In this document: positions 47,427 to 57,800 of the stretch, one piece after another | Position numbering within the stretch: the stretch's first letter is position 1 | Layout of the letters: every line of letters starts with the position of its first letter | Source of the DNA: a virus | DNA: 64,000 nt | Strand: one strand, 5' to 3' | IMG/VR virus record: IMGVR_UViG_3300030419_004788 | Coordinates: 32,001 to 96,000 of that record | Program-made: the position numbers and the translations under genes | Notes under the pieces: model-generated | Told to the model about the DNA's origin: nothing | Seen by the model: the letters and a program-made list of their open reading frames with translations, nothing else | The model's database searches: none

Positions 47427-48458
47427 TTAAACTTTATGAATTAATAAATTATTCATATATCTTATTTGCGATAACATTGAACTAGATGCTGAACCAGTAT
47501 CCACCACACATACAGGATTCATATTTTCTCTTATTGCGAAATCAGGATTATTTAAACTCCATGCTTCACCCGAACTAGGAGATGCAGGGATTTCAACATA
47601 ATGAGCCGAATCTTCATTGTCTGAACCAAATATATCTCCATGAAAGTTGATAGTATATCTACTTGCACCACAAGAAGCAGAGTTAGGTATACCTGTTGCG
47701 TTATCTGCAAGGTCTTCATCTTGATTTGTTCCTGTTCCACATTCTGTGATGTCGGTAACAAGATTAAGACCTACGGCAATATATCTAGTATTTCCATCAG
47801 TAGGCACATCTTTTACGATTTGATTTTTTAGATAAATCCAGTGTTTTAATCCACTAATATTTGTTGGCATAGGAGTATTATCATCATCTCCATTCCAGTG
47901 TCCTTTATTTTCTACTAACCACCATCCTGGATTAAATGCAAGTCTAACACTGCTAGAAGTATGTGAGATGTATTGTACAGATTTACTATTACCCCCACCT
48001 TGATATGGTGAGTAATAAGGATGTAGTGGTGTTGCACCCCTCCATCCAGGACCAGATACAACAAGTTCTTGATTGTGTCCTCCATCTGGAATACCACCAA
48101 TACCTATTCCTGTTTCAGTAGTTGAATTTGGCAACTCACCGTCCCAAGCACCACCTTCACCACCAAGAGAATTAGATTTCCAAGGCATCCATAAATGTCC
48201 TGCACCAGAAGTAATCCAGTTGTGCATCATTGAAATAGTTAAAGACATCTGCAATTGAAAATTTTCTTGCATTTCATTTAGTTCAGATGCTTGTAGGGAA
48301 AATCCAGGTCTAAATGCAACAAATTGATTATTACCATATTCATGAATAGCAGTAGCATCAAAGTCTACATTTTTATCTTCGATTCTACTATAGTAGGGTT
48401 TTGGTGATAGGGGAAATGACGGGTCCCCTCCTTTGTATAATGGTTGTATATTTGTCAT
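47427..48458 (-). CDS. Virion structural protein with DUF4815-like N-terminal motif
   Basis: PYYSR...VAFRPGFSLQASELNEMQ matches the F-R-P-G-x-x-(L/V)-Q-A-x-E-L-N motif of baseplate-associated proteins that follow gp8 in marine T4-likes. Confidence 0.6.
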   Translation of the reverse strand: MTNIQPLYKGGDPSFPLSPKPYYSRIEDKNVDFDATAIHEYGNNQFVAFRPGFSLQASELNEMQENFQLQMSLTISMMHNWITSGAGHLWMPWKSNSLGGEGGAWDGELPNSTTETGIGIGGIPDGGHNQELVVSGPGWRGATPLHPYYSPYQGGGNSKSVQYISHTSSSVRLAFNPGWWLVENKGHWNGDDDNTPMPTNISGLKHWIYLKNQIVKDVPTDGNTRYIAVGLNLVTDITECGTGTNQDEDLADNATGIPNSASCGASRYTINFHGDIFGSDNEDSAHYVEIPASPSSGEAWSLNNPDFAIRENMNPVCVVDTGSASSSMLSQIRYMNNLLIHKV

Positions 48459-48472
48459 TTTAAATTAATCTC

Positions 48473-50470
48473 CTAAGATGTTGTTACCTTACTAGGGTCT
48501 TGGCTACCCCACAAAATTTCAAAACTTATTACACTTTGTGTTGATGCTTGATTGTCACTTAAATCAATTGTTACTGGATTTCTAAATAGTGTTTTTGTTT
48601 TGGTAAAATCTATATCAGCATTTCCATTACTTTTTGGATGATAATAAACAGACTCCACATCCATTGACAATTTTGCGGCAATGTCATCAATGTTTGTAAC
48701 TACACAAAGAGTTTTGCCTACTAAATCCTTTGCATAAGAAGTTTGAAGTGGAACTCTAACTGCTTTGTCGCTTATGTATTCTGCATCGTATGCAACAAGA
48801 TTATTCAAAGTGGTGTTACTATATATTTTTTTATTCCCTGTTGTTACTAGTCGTTCACTGTTGTGCATTACATCTTTTGATTTTGGCAATGCTTCAAATC
48901 CACTCCCATCTGATTCAAAATTCCCCGATACTGGACCTACTGTAACCACAGGTACTAGAGATTTATAATTTGTAGCATTTTTACCCAAACCACTATAAAT
49001 TGACTGTCCTTCTTCATCTTTAAATTCTTGAATAGAATAAAAGTCAAATTCTTTAGGTCCAGGGCTATTTGTTGAAATCCCCTCAAAAGTATCTGAAATA
49101 TTTTTTGTATTTACCACTACATGTATTACTGTAGAAAGTTCCAAAATTTCATCAAGATGCATCGCTATGCCACCAATAGGTGTTAAGTTAATTTTAACTC
49201 TATCATTAACATCTCCAGACCAATTTGGAAATATCTGACCCCATACATTTGTATCAACTACTGCTGATGTATATCCAGAACCTCTTTCGTGTTCTTTTGG
49301 TTTTCCAAAACCATCGATTATATGTCTTCCCCTTGCAGAATCATATACTGTAGAGATTGGAATAAATGCTTCTTTTTTAGTACTACCTGCTCTTATAGGA
49401 AGATATAATGTTCCATTTTTTATATTAGTATCATAAGTTTCGGTAGTAATCATCTTTTCTTCAATTGTCAAATTACTCAAATCAATATTTGCAGACAATA
49501 CAGAACCAGAAAGATTTTCTTTATGGTGATTAATTATTGTTGCATTTCTTCCTAATGCAGTATTTGATGTTATATTATTGTCATTAATAACATTTATGTA
49601 GGAACTATTCTCATTCCAATCGATTGTACACCCGCAAGGACCACAGTCATCTGCTTTATTATCCTCAGAGTCACATCCTTTACATGCAGGTCCAGTTGCA
49701 CCTGTTCCACCAGTTGTTCCAGTTCCACCAAGAAACTTATGAAACACATATTTCATATTCAATGCTTCTGCCATCTCTACACATCTATAGCATTTAGAAC
49801 ATAGACATTTGTAGAACTCACCAGCGGCATATGTAATACCGGCGATGGAGTCATATCCAGACTCACTATAATATAAACAGCAATTTCCTGTTTTTAGTTC
49901 ATTGCCTGCACCACATATATTCATTGCTCTAGTTGACTCCGAAGTCGTTGAATTAACTTTTTCAAGCAAATCATCAAACAGTGCAACTTCCTGATATCTA
50001 CTACTCATTTGGTCAAAAGAATCTGGCACAGCATTAATTGCCATGTATGATATTCCGTCTACAGTTTCTATCCCACCATCAATTCTTGAAGGTTTATTTC
50101 TTGTAAGGATAGAACCCATCTTGTCTATTCTGTTTTGAATACCAGACATACCAACAACCATAAACAAAATTCCATCACTAACAAATAGATGTTGTCCCTT
50201 AGAAGTTCCGTCAGAGTAATAGCAATGTGGCGCTAAACCAGTTGTCCAATACTTTGTTTCTGTCGCTCCAAATTGAACAACTGTTTTTATATCGTTACTA
50301 GTAATTCTTTGTGCAAACATACTATTATCGTTAGTATCATTATTGCCCTCTGGGGAGTTGTTTATAATACTAGAATCAGACCTACCAAGACAAAACGATA
50401 AATTTCGTTCTTTGAGTCCAGCACTCATGAGTATTGCTTGGTCGTTTCTTTTTCCTACTGATTGCGCCAT
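48473..50470 (-). CDS. Divergent baseplate wedge protein, gp8-like, with Cys-rich insertion
   Basis: Follows gp7. MFAQRITSNDIKTVV...YWTTG...YYSD...LFVSDG..FMVV and DGISYM resemble gp8. Internal insertion NCCLY...CLCSKCYRC...CKGC...CGPCGC. Confidence 0.5.
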   Translation of the reverse strand: MAQSVGKRNDQAILMSAGLKERNLSFCLGRSDSSIINNSPEGNNDTNDNSMFAQRITSNDIKTVVQFGATETKYWTTGLAPHCYYSDGTSKGQHLFVSDGILFMVVGMSGIQNRIDKMGSILTRNKPSRIDGGIETVDGISYMAINAVPDSFDQMSSRYQEVALFDDLLEKVNSTTSESTRAMNICGAGNELKTGNCCLYYSESGYDSIAGITYAAGEFYKCLCSKCYRCVEMAEALNMKYVFHKFLGGTGTTGGTGATGPACKGCDSEDNKADDCGPCGCTIDWNENSSYINVINDNNITSNTALGRNATIINHHKENLSGSVLSANIDLSNLTIEEKMITTETYDTNIKNGTLYLPIRAGSTKKEAFIPISTVYDSARGRHIIDGFGKPKEHERGSGYTSAVVDTNVWGQIFPNWSGDVNDRVKINLTPIGGIAMHLDEILELSTVIHVVVNTKNISDTFEGISTNSPGPKEFDFYSIQEFKDEEGQSIYSGLGKNATNYKSLVPVVTVGPVSGNFESDGSGFEALPKSKDVMHNSERLVTTGNKKIYSNTTLNNLVAYDAEYISDKAVRVPLQTSYAKDLVGKTLCVVTNIDDIAAKLSMDVESVYYHPKSNGNADIDFTKTKTLFRNPVTIDLSDNQASTQSVISFEILWGSQDPSKVTTS

Positions 50471-50483
50471 ATAATTATCCTAT

Positions 50484-51725
50484 TTATGTCCAACATTGTC
50501 CAGTACCTAAAGTACATCCCGTTATCCCTATATTTGGACTGCTTGTAGAGGGATAAAGATATATAAAGTCACGAATATATATGCCTCCAAAAGTTAGTCC
50601 GGCATCAATATCAGAATCCCAAGTAGGCCATTGGTGTGATGGTAAATTATATTCAGCAGATATGCCTCCGCCACCTACTGCACCCCAACCTTGCCCCATT
50701 GTCCAACCACCAGATGGACCACCGAATGCACCTAAAGTTGCACCAATATATGCGGTAGGACCGTCATAACCAAACGCACTGCCACAACAGCCAATACATG
50801 CAGAATATCCTGTAGTTCCTAACGCAGAACCAATTCCTCCTGTATTACTTAAACGATATGCAAAATAATTTCCTAATACTGTCTGTTCACCCTGAAATAT
50901 ATTACCTTCATAATCATCTGGGGGAACATAATCATTAATGGTTTGTTCAAAAAATCCTTTAGTACCAGCAGGATGTAACATTTTATTTAAATCATTATAA
51001 TAAATTGGCAATCCAGTTGTTTCATCAACAACATCAACTCCTGCTTTCACAACATAAGAGAAATCTTGATAGAAATCACTGTCTTGTATTTTATAATTCC
51101 CATTTAGGAAACTACCACCAAGATGATTAAGACTTTCATAATAACCAGTAGAACCATCCGCACCCCATCCTTGGTCATCAAATTTACCACCGTTTAAACG
51201 AAATACGGTTTGCTTAGGATACTGTATGGATACATCAGTTCCTTTAGAACCAAAAAGACTTTGAAAGAAATATCGATATGCTTGTTCATTACTTTTCTGT
51301 TGATATAGATTTTGGCGAATTCCCTTTATGAACTCTCTTATATTTTCATCTGAAACTCCAGAAGTTGCACCAATAGATTCTGTTGAAAGACCAGTTGCAT
51401 AAGAATAAGCAAATTGTTTTAAAAATTTTGTGGGGGTTTCGTCCACATCTGATAATTTTCCAAACCCATTGTAATGATATGATGTTTTATTTAATTCATA
51501 TCCACTCTTGATGTATAACCAATTATAATATTCTTGTACAAAATTAACCAAAAAATTAGTAGGATTGCTTGATGACGACCTTTCCACTATCCAATATGGG
51601 AATAGGTCTGTAATATCCACCATTCTCTCATATTCTACATCTATTGACTGAAGTTCAGGTCCAAACGAAAGAGTTTGGTATCTAGTATTAGCATCAGAAT
51701 TTTTTAGAATAGAGCCATAAAACAT
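50484..51725 (-). CDS. gp7: Baseplate wedge initiator gp7-like (short)
   Basis: FVQEYYNWL, DVDETPTKFL, FIKGIRQNLYQQKSNEQAYRYFFQSLFG, YPKQTVFRL, KIQDSDFYQDFSYVVK and LHPAGTKGF. Confidence 0.75.
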   Translation of the reverse strand: MFYGSILKNSDANTRYQTLSFGPELQSIDVEYERMVDITDLFPYWIVERSSSSNPTNFLVNFVQEYYNWLYIKSGYELNKTSYHYNGFGKLSDVDETPTKFLKQFAYSYATGLSTESIGATSGVSDENIREFIKGIRQNLYQQKSNEQAYRYFFQSLFGSKGTDVSIQYPKQTVFRLNGGKFDDQGWGADGSTGYYESLNHLGGSFLNGNYKIQDSDFYQDFSYVVKAGVDVVDETTGLPIYYNDLNKMLHPAGTKGFFEQTINDYVPPDDYEGNIFQGEQTVLGNYFAYRLSNTGGIGSALGTTGYSACIGCCGSAFGYDGPTAYIGATLGAFGGPSGGWTMGQGWGAVGGGGISAEYNLPSHQWPTWDSDIDAGLTFGGIYIRDFIYLYPSTSSPNIGITGCTLGTGQCWT

Positions 51726-51729
51726 AGTA

Positions 51730-53565
51730 TTAATTTCTTGCTACTAACGCAAAGTCCTCAAAAATTAAATTAGAAAAATACATATTTTCTTTTATTTCAA
51801 ATTTATCAGAACCAATACCACCAGGCTTAACTTCCAAATCAATACTGTTGTCAGAGAAAATGTTTACCGTCACATTAACTTCTCCTGTTAGTGGTTTCCA
51901 ATTTCCAACTGAATAAATGGTATCTCCAACGGAATTAACAACATATAACTTTTGAAATCCTTTTGAATCAAGATTACCTTCTGAATATAGTTTTATTAAC
52001 TCTCCGTCATCCAATCCCATTTCACCTTTGATATAAGAACTTGGTGTGAAAAATTCAGTTACCAGAGAACTTTCTTCGCATATATTTCTAAAGTGTTGTG
52101 TATCTATACCACCGTTAGTAACTGGACATGGTTTTCTTAATTTTAAAGAAAGTTCGTCAGAAGAAACACCAAAAGAAGAATCTATAGAATTTATAGTGGT
52201 TGATATCCAAGAAGTGTCAAATTTTTCTAATTCAAATCTGGATGAATATGTTTCTAAAAGTTTTTGTCTTACATATCCCATTAATGTTTCTTGAGAATAT
52301 TCTGTTTCTCCAGGATTGTATGTGCATTCACCAGAAACAACACCATTGACTGTTTCCAGATTCATAAATTCTGGAATAATAGTGACACAAGTTTTCTCTT
52401 TTAAAATATTCATTGCAGTTGTAGATGCATATGGGTCTGTTGTAGTATCTAAAGAAACAAAAAGTCTTCCGTATCTTGGAGGTGTCATTGTTTCCCCACC
52501 CCACACATTAAATACAGAATAAGGGTCTTCAGAACCTGTTACAAATCCTGCTTCTGCAAGAATACCTCTACAGTCGTCCAAAGTAACTGCTCTATTTTGT
52601 GAAGCAAACCACTTTGGAGCAAAAAATCTAATTGCTTCTAAATCTGGTTTGTCCATACCACCGTTAGAAAGACCATTACTAGGAGTAGAACTAGTGAGGG
52701 ATACACTAGATGTACTTGCACCGTCAGGGGGATATGTTATATCTCTAATAGTAAAATTACCACAAGCATTTCCAACAGAACCACTACTCTTTAAATATGA
52801 AACTCTTACTTGTTGATTTGGGGTAAGTTCTTTTCCTATTTTTTCGTAGGAAGAATCAAACCCACCACCAAACACTACAAAGAATCCAAGTTCACTTCTT
52901 TCTAACCAATATACTTTACTTGTCTGATTTAATCCTGATTGTGTGTTAGTTGCTTGTGACCATTGTTCCCATCCCACATCACTTCCATCAGTATTTTGTT
53001 CTGTGCTATACACTTCGATTCTAACTGTCGATATGTCTATATCTAAACCAAAAAGAAATGATTTATTTGTTACACTATCTACAACTATTGGAGATTCTTT
53101 TACCAGAGCCTTTCCTTCTACAACAGTAAATGTATTTTCACCTTGACTGTCTAAAACCCCATCTTCAAGTGTATAGAAATTATATGCTATACCATTCGGA
53201 GAATTTCCAGTAAATCTTGTATATCTAGGAATAAGATATCCAGAACCATTGGCGCCATCACTAGACGAAACGGTTGCTAATCCTTTGGCAGAGGTTTTTC
53301 CTGGAACAACATAACCCAAAGGTTTTACAAGTGAAACTATAGATTGTTCTTTTTGTGCGGTGTCTAAAAACATTTCATTAGCAGTCATGTTTGCATAATA
53401 TCCATAATATAAAGTATTATATGCAAGCATATCTAAAAGAACTTGTGCAGCCGAACCATTATAATCATAATCTTTAATATCGTTTTGTGTTTTAAGGTGT
53501 TCTATGATACTGGATTTAATAGATTCAAAATCAAGATTACCAAGTTGAATGTTTACATTACTCAT
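51730..53565 (-). CDS. gp6: Baseplate wedge protein gp6
   Basis: LDFESIKSSI..HL, DYDYNGSA..VLLDMLAYNT, NEMFLDTAQ..SIVSL.K.LGYVP, IRFFAPKWFASQNRAVT.DD and VWGGET.TPPRYGRLFVS. Confidence 0.92.
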   Translation of the reverse strand: MSNVNIQLGNLDFESIKSSIIEHLKTQNDIKDYDYNGSAAQVLLDMLAYNTLYYGYYANMTANEMFLDTAQKEQSIVSLVKPLGYVVPGKTSAKGLATVSSSDGANGSGYLIPRYTRFTGNSPNGIAYNFYTLEDGVLDSQGENTFTVVEGKALVKESPIVVDSVTNKSFLFGLDIDISTVRIEVYSTEQNTDGSDVGWEQWSQATNTQSGLNQTSKVYWLERSELGFFVVFGGGFDSSYEKIGKELTPNQQVRVSYLKSSGSVGNACGNFTIRDITYPPDGASTSSVSLTSSTPSNGLSNGGMDKPDLEAIRFFAPKWFASQNRAVTLDDCRGILAEAGFVTGSEDPYSVFNVWGGETMTPPRYGRLFVSLDTTTDPYASTTAMNILKEKTCVTIIPEFMNLETVNGVVSGECTYNPGETEYSQETLMGYVRQKLLETYSSRFELEKFDTSWISTTINSIDSSFGVSSDELSLKLRKPCPVTNGGIDTQHFRNICEESSLVTEFFTPSSYIKGEMGLDDGELIKLYSEGNLDSKGFQKLYVVNSVGDTIYSVGNWKPLTGEVNVTVNIFSDNSIDLEVKPGGIGSDKFEIKENMYFSNLIFEDFALVARN

Positions 53566-53566
53566 T

Positions 53567-53989
53567 TTATCTTACCTTCTGTACTGTTACTTCTAAAGTG
53601 TCTGTTAATTGTGTCCTTCTTCCTTTAAGAATACTATAATTGATTTTTATATTAAACTGATTTGCAGTTCCAGAACTTCCTTCCTTTGCAACACTAGAAT
53701 CTTCTTCTATAACAACAGAATCGATTCTTGCTCTGGGTTCTAATCTAGAAATTGCTCCAACTATATCTCTTTGTAATTTTTTCTCTGTCAATGGAGTCCA
53801 CAATTCAAACAAACGACTACGAAGACCTACACCAAAATCATCATTAAATCTTTTTTCTCCAGGAACGGTCAAAACTATATTCATAATAGATTGACGAATA
53901 GCATCCCTATCTCTAACTATAGAGATATCATCGTTAAATGGATTTTTGTTTAAATCTATATCAAAATCTGTAAATTGAAAAGTTGACAT
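53567..53989 (-). CDS. gp25: Baseplate wedge protein gp25; start refined to the ATG at 53989
   Basis: FTDFDIDLNKNPFNDDI, DAIRQSIMNIVLTVPGEKRFNDDFGVGL..LFE and ISRLEPRARI. SD AAGGA precedes the ATG at 53989. Confidence 0.92.
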   Translation of the reverse strand: MSTFQFTDFDIDLNKNPFNDDISIVRDRDAIRQSIMNIVLTVPGEKRFNDDFGVGLRSRLFELWTPLTEKKLQRDIVGAISRLEPRARIDSVVIEEDSSVAKEGSSGTANQFNIKINYSILKGRRTQLTDTLEVTVQKVR

Positions 53990-54021
53990 TAAATGTTCCT
54001 TTTTGATATATGTATAATATC

Positions 54022-54837
54022 TTAACCAGATATCCAATTCCAAATTTCACCAAAGAGTCCCAAATATTCACTTGTTTCTGGGTCGATTGGACTGCTATCC
54101 CTCACTAAAGTTATTAACATCTTATGTTGTCCTCCCCTTATAATATTATGATGAATTTCAGCAACTAACCATCTACCACCCATTCTTCTTTCTTTATCCG
54201 AACCAACATTTTTATTTGTTATATTGATTAATTCGCCAGGTCTTAAAGTCAAATCGCCATTTAACATAATTACTGCTTGTTGTGACTTGATTAACATCAT
54301 TTGTGCATCTCTCCAAAGAGGAGTGTATGTTGGAGTATCCCAATATGTTGCACTTGTTCTTGAATATTCAATATATTTTTTAAAGTCTTCACCTACACAT
54401 GGACAATTACAACTGCTAGGGTGGTTTTGGTCTTTCCATAAACATCCCATCCAAGATTCTCCAAGTAAAGGATTGTTTTCAATCAAATCACATTCTTTTA
54501 TAGATTTTATAGATTCTATTATTTGTTCTTTTGTTGGTTCTTCATATGCACCACCCCCCAATAAAGAATTCAATATACCTTCTACAATACCAGTAGCAAC
54601 ACCAAAAGACCACCAAGGCAGGTCTATCAAATCATTTTCTTTGTATGGATTTAATTCTTGACATGGACAATTGCAAAGAGGATTATCATCAGAACAATCT
54701 GAATTATCCACAGGACCTTCTGGATTAGCACAGGGATAAGTATCATCAAATGCACCAACAGAATGTCCCAACTTGACACTAGGCCATTCGGTATTAGCAA
54801 AGTGAGTGAGTTTTACTAGAAAGTCATGTTTTGCCAT
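54022..54837 (-). CDS. Protein carrying the C-terminal portion of a gp27-like baseplate hub, preceded by a Cys-containing N-terminal region
   Basis: C-terminal AVIMLNGDLTLRPGELINI...RMGGRWLVAEIHHNI...MLITLVRDS is the typical end of gp27/gpD-type hubs. N-terminal CNCPC motif occurs twice. Confidence 0.65.
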   Translation of the reverse strand: MAKHDFLVKLTHFANTEWPSVKLGHSVGAFDDTYPCANPEGPVDNSDCSDDNPLCNCPCQELNPYKENDLIDLPWWSFGVATGIVEGILNSLLGGGAYEEPTKEQIIESIKSIKECDLIENNPLLGESWMGCLWKDQNHPSSCNCPCVGEDFKKYIEYSRTSATYWDTPTYTPLWRDAQMMLIKSQQAVIMLNGDLTLRPGELINITNKNVGSDKERRMGGRWLVAEIHHNIIRGGQHKMLITLVRDSSPIDPETSEYLGLFGEIWNWISG

Positions 54838-54852
54838 ATATTTCTCCTAATC

Positions 54853-54860
54853 TATTTATA
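54853..54860 (-). promoter_or_regulatory. T4-type late promoter TATAAATA
   Basis: Exact motif 15 nt upstream of the ATG at 54837, with SD AGGAG. Confidence 0.8.
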
Positions 54861-54864
54861 CGAT

Positions 54865-57800
54865 TTATAGACATACTATACCATTTCTTGTGTTTAAACA
54901 ATTACATTCACACCCTGCATCGATGCATTCTTGTCGGCAATCTCTTTCTCCGTTAGAAGGCTCATCATAGTCATCGTCATCCGTTAGCCCGACTAGCGGG
55001 CTCCATCCACAACCGTTCTTCTGCTCCCAGTAGAAGTCACCACATTGACCCCAAGTGGAGTCATCGGGATTATACCAAGACCAATCACCATCAGAACCAG
55101 CACATTCGTTCAAACATACCTCCCCACTGAATTCCTGAACAAAGCAATCCCCGCAATAAACCCCACAACAATTTATCATACAAGGAACTTGCGCGCATGA
55201 AACACAAGGACCTCTCCACGCAGGCCACCACATCCAACCATCATCAATGTCTGATTGATTCTGACATTCTGCCTGCGTGAGATAGTCTGTACAGCGTATA
55301 TAGTCGTCATTCGATTGCTGCCAACAACAAGCACCCCTCCAAGTGCAAAAATCACTACAACTTGTACCCGAACCTTGGAAATCACCACCTAAAAGTTGAC
55401 ATTGAAGTAGACCAATTTCCATACAATGCCCACAGTTATCGAGGCAACATGCACCAATATCTACATCACAGTCAAAATTACAATATTCACAACACGATTG
55501 GTTGTCAGGTATATAAGGCAACCAGTATCCATCATCAACTGCATCGCAATAAGGTTCTACACACCAGAAGTCACCAATACATTCACACCCTCTGCATGGG
55601 TTTGGAATTCCCTGAATTTCACACGCCGTCATACTTGTTGCATCCTGATTGCAACATGTTCCTTTTGGATAAACACATTGATATTGTGCAAATCCTCCAG
55701 TATCACAAACAGAACCTACACCCAGAAAAACACCCGAATAATTTTTTATACAATCATCTTCAGTATATCCATCACCACAATTACCAAAACAAGGACCAGG
55801 ACTACAAAATTCATCAACATCAATACAACAAGCACCAGTTTGGTCTGGGTCACATATACTATTATTTGTATCGTAGCAAGTAGGGTCTGGGTAATCATCT
55901 GCTAAACAATCATACTCATTCCAAGAAATTCCAAGCAAGTCATCAAGACATTCATTTTCAAATGAGCAGTCTTTACAGCAATAGTCATCCTTGCAATCAT
56001 CATGACAACAATATCCAGGATTACAATTTGTATCTTCACACAATCGTCCTTGATTATAATATACTGTCTTTGTTCCATTTTCGTCTTTGTCTTCACAGTC
56101 ATCTTGACTTACAACATCTTCACACTGTCCTACACAAGTAATTGGTTTGCCAACTTTATCAAAACATTCAGAAATACAACATGAGCCAAAGTCTAGACAA
56201 TTTATTGATTCATCGACATTACAGTCTTCCCCACAAGCACAATCTTCACAAGAATGCCATACTACAGTTCCCTCGCATTGTCCTTGCCCTGCGATATAAA
56301 CTTCACATAACCAATTACTCATCATATCACAACTACTTAGACATTGACTTTGATTACCATCTATACAACAACAAGAACCACAACAATCAACTTCATCACA
56401 AGATATTCCTTCATGGAAAGTATTGGTTGCTATTCCATCCTGTGGTCCTACACCCTTTAACATACATTCTTCATATGAATTTGCATAGACACAACAACAC
56501 CCAAACTCTCCAGTATTATCACATTCAGGACTTGCCCCAGCGTCCAAACCAATACAACATGCACCACCTTCACATTCACTTGTGTCGCATGGATTATTTT
56601 CACATTTATATCCTTCTTGCCAATCACCCTCATACTTATCACACCCTTGTTGTGTTATTGTGTCTATGCATTGTTGGCAAGTTTCTCCATAAGGAAAACA
56701 ACATGCCCAACCTTCACTCGGTTCTTCGCATTCAGCATCTTGACAAGAAACTCCATCTCCCTGATAATAACCACCACTACCCTCACATGCAAGTAGTGTA
56801 AGTTCTAGACAATTCCCCTCATCGTAACAACATGCACCTACTTCAAATTCACAAATACTACCATCACCGCATACTGTATCTGGACCTCGCCAAGACCCAG
56901 TTGAACTAACACAATCTGATTCAGTTAGTTCGTCAAAACATTCATCACTTTCTTCAAAACAACATGCACCAACTGGGTCACATATATTTTCATTATCCTC
57001 GCAAATAACATCTTCGTGAAAGTTTGCTTCTCCAGAATTTTTTACACATAAATGCTTTCTCACATTATTATTACACCCATCATTAGGCCAATTACAACAC
57101 ACACCTGTAATATAACAAGCATCACAATTGCCTCCATCGGATTCATCCGCAGAGAGTGTCCACATATTTTCAACATCCGATGGTTCATATCCATTCTCTT
57201 GTGCAATTCTACAACATTCATATTTGTATACTAAATTACCACCATCGAATCCTTTCCCTTCACTCAAACAACAATTAGGGTCTGTAAGACTATTTGCAGA
57301 ACATCCCTCTGCTAAAGAACAACATAATTTTTTATCTTGTTCATCACAAGTAATATCTGCACATGTTAAATCACAAGAACCAATACCACTTGGATGAACT
57401 TCTTCTGGACCCCACCAAATTCCAGGCAATCTATTTCCGTTGTCATCTTCATACCCAAAACATTCCCAGACAGTAACATCGTCTAGACACTCACCGTTTG
57501 GTAAACAACATGGTGCAGTTGGAAGACATGGATTTTCAGAAGTATAATTATCTGGGGCTTTGTTATCCCAATAACTATCACTCTCTGTGCATGAATAATT
57601 TGGCATCTCACCATCAAGAAAATCATCACACATAAATCTCCAGAAATCACTATTGCAGGCTCTTAGTTTTAATGTTTCTGCATCGAGTTGAATTTCTGGA
57701 TGTAAAGTTTCTTGCTCCCACCACCACATTGGAATCTGTGAATTGGTAGCACCCCAAACATTGGAATCATATACAACAACAACTGCACCGTCACCATTAG

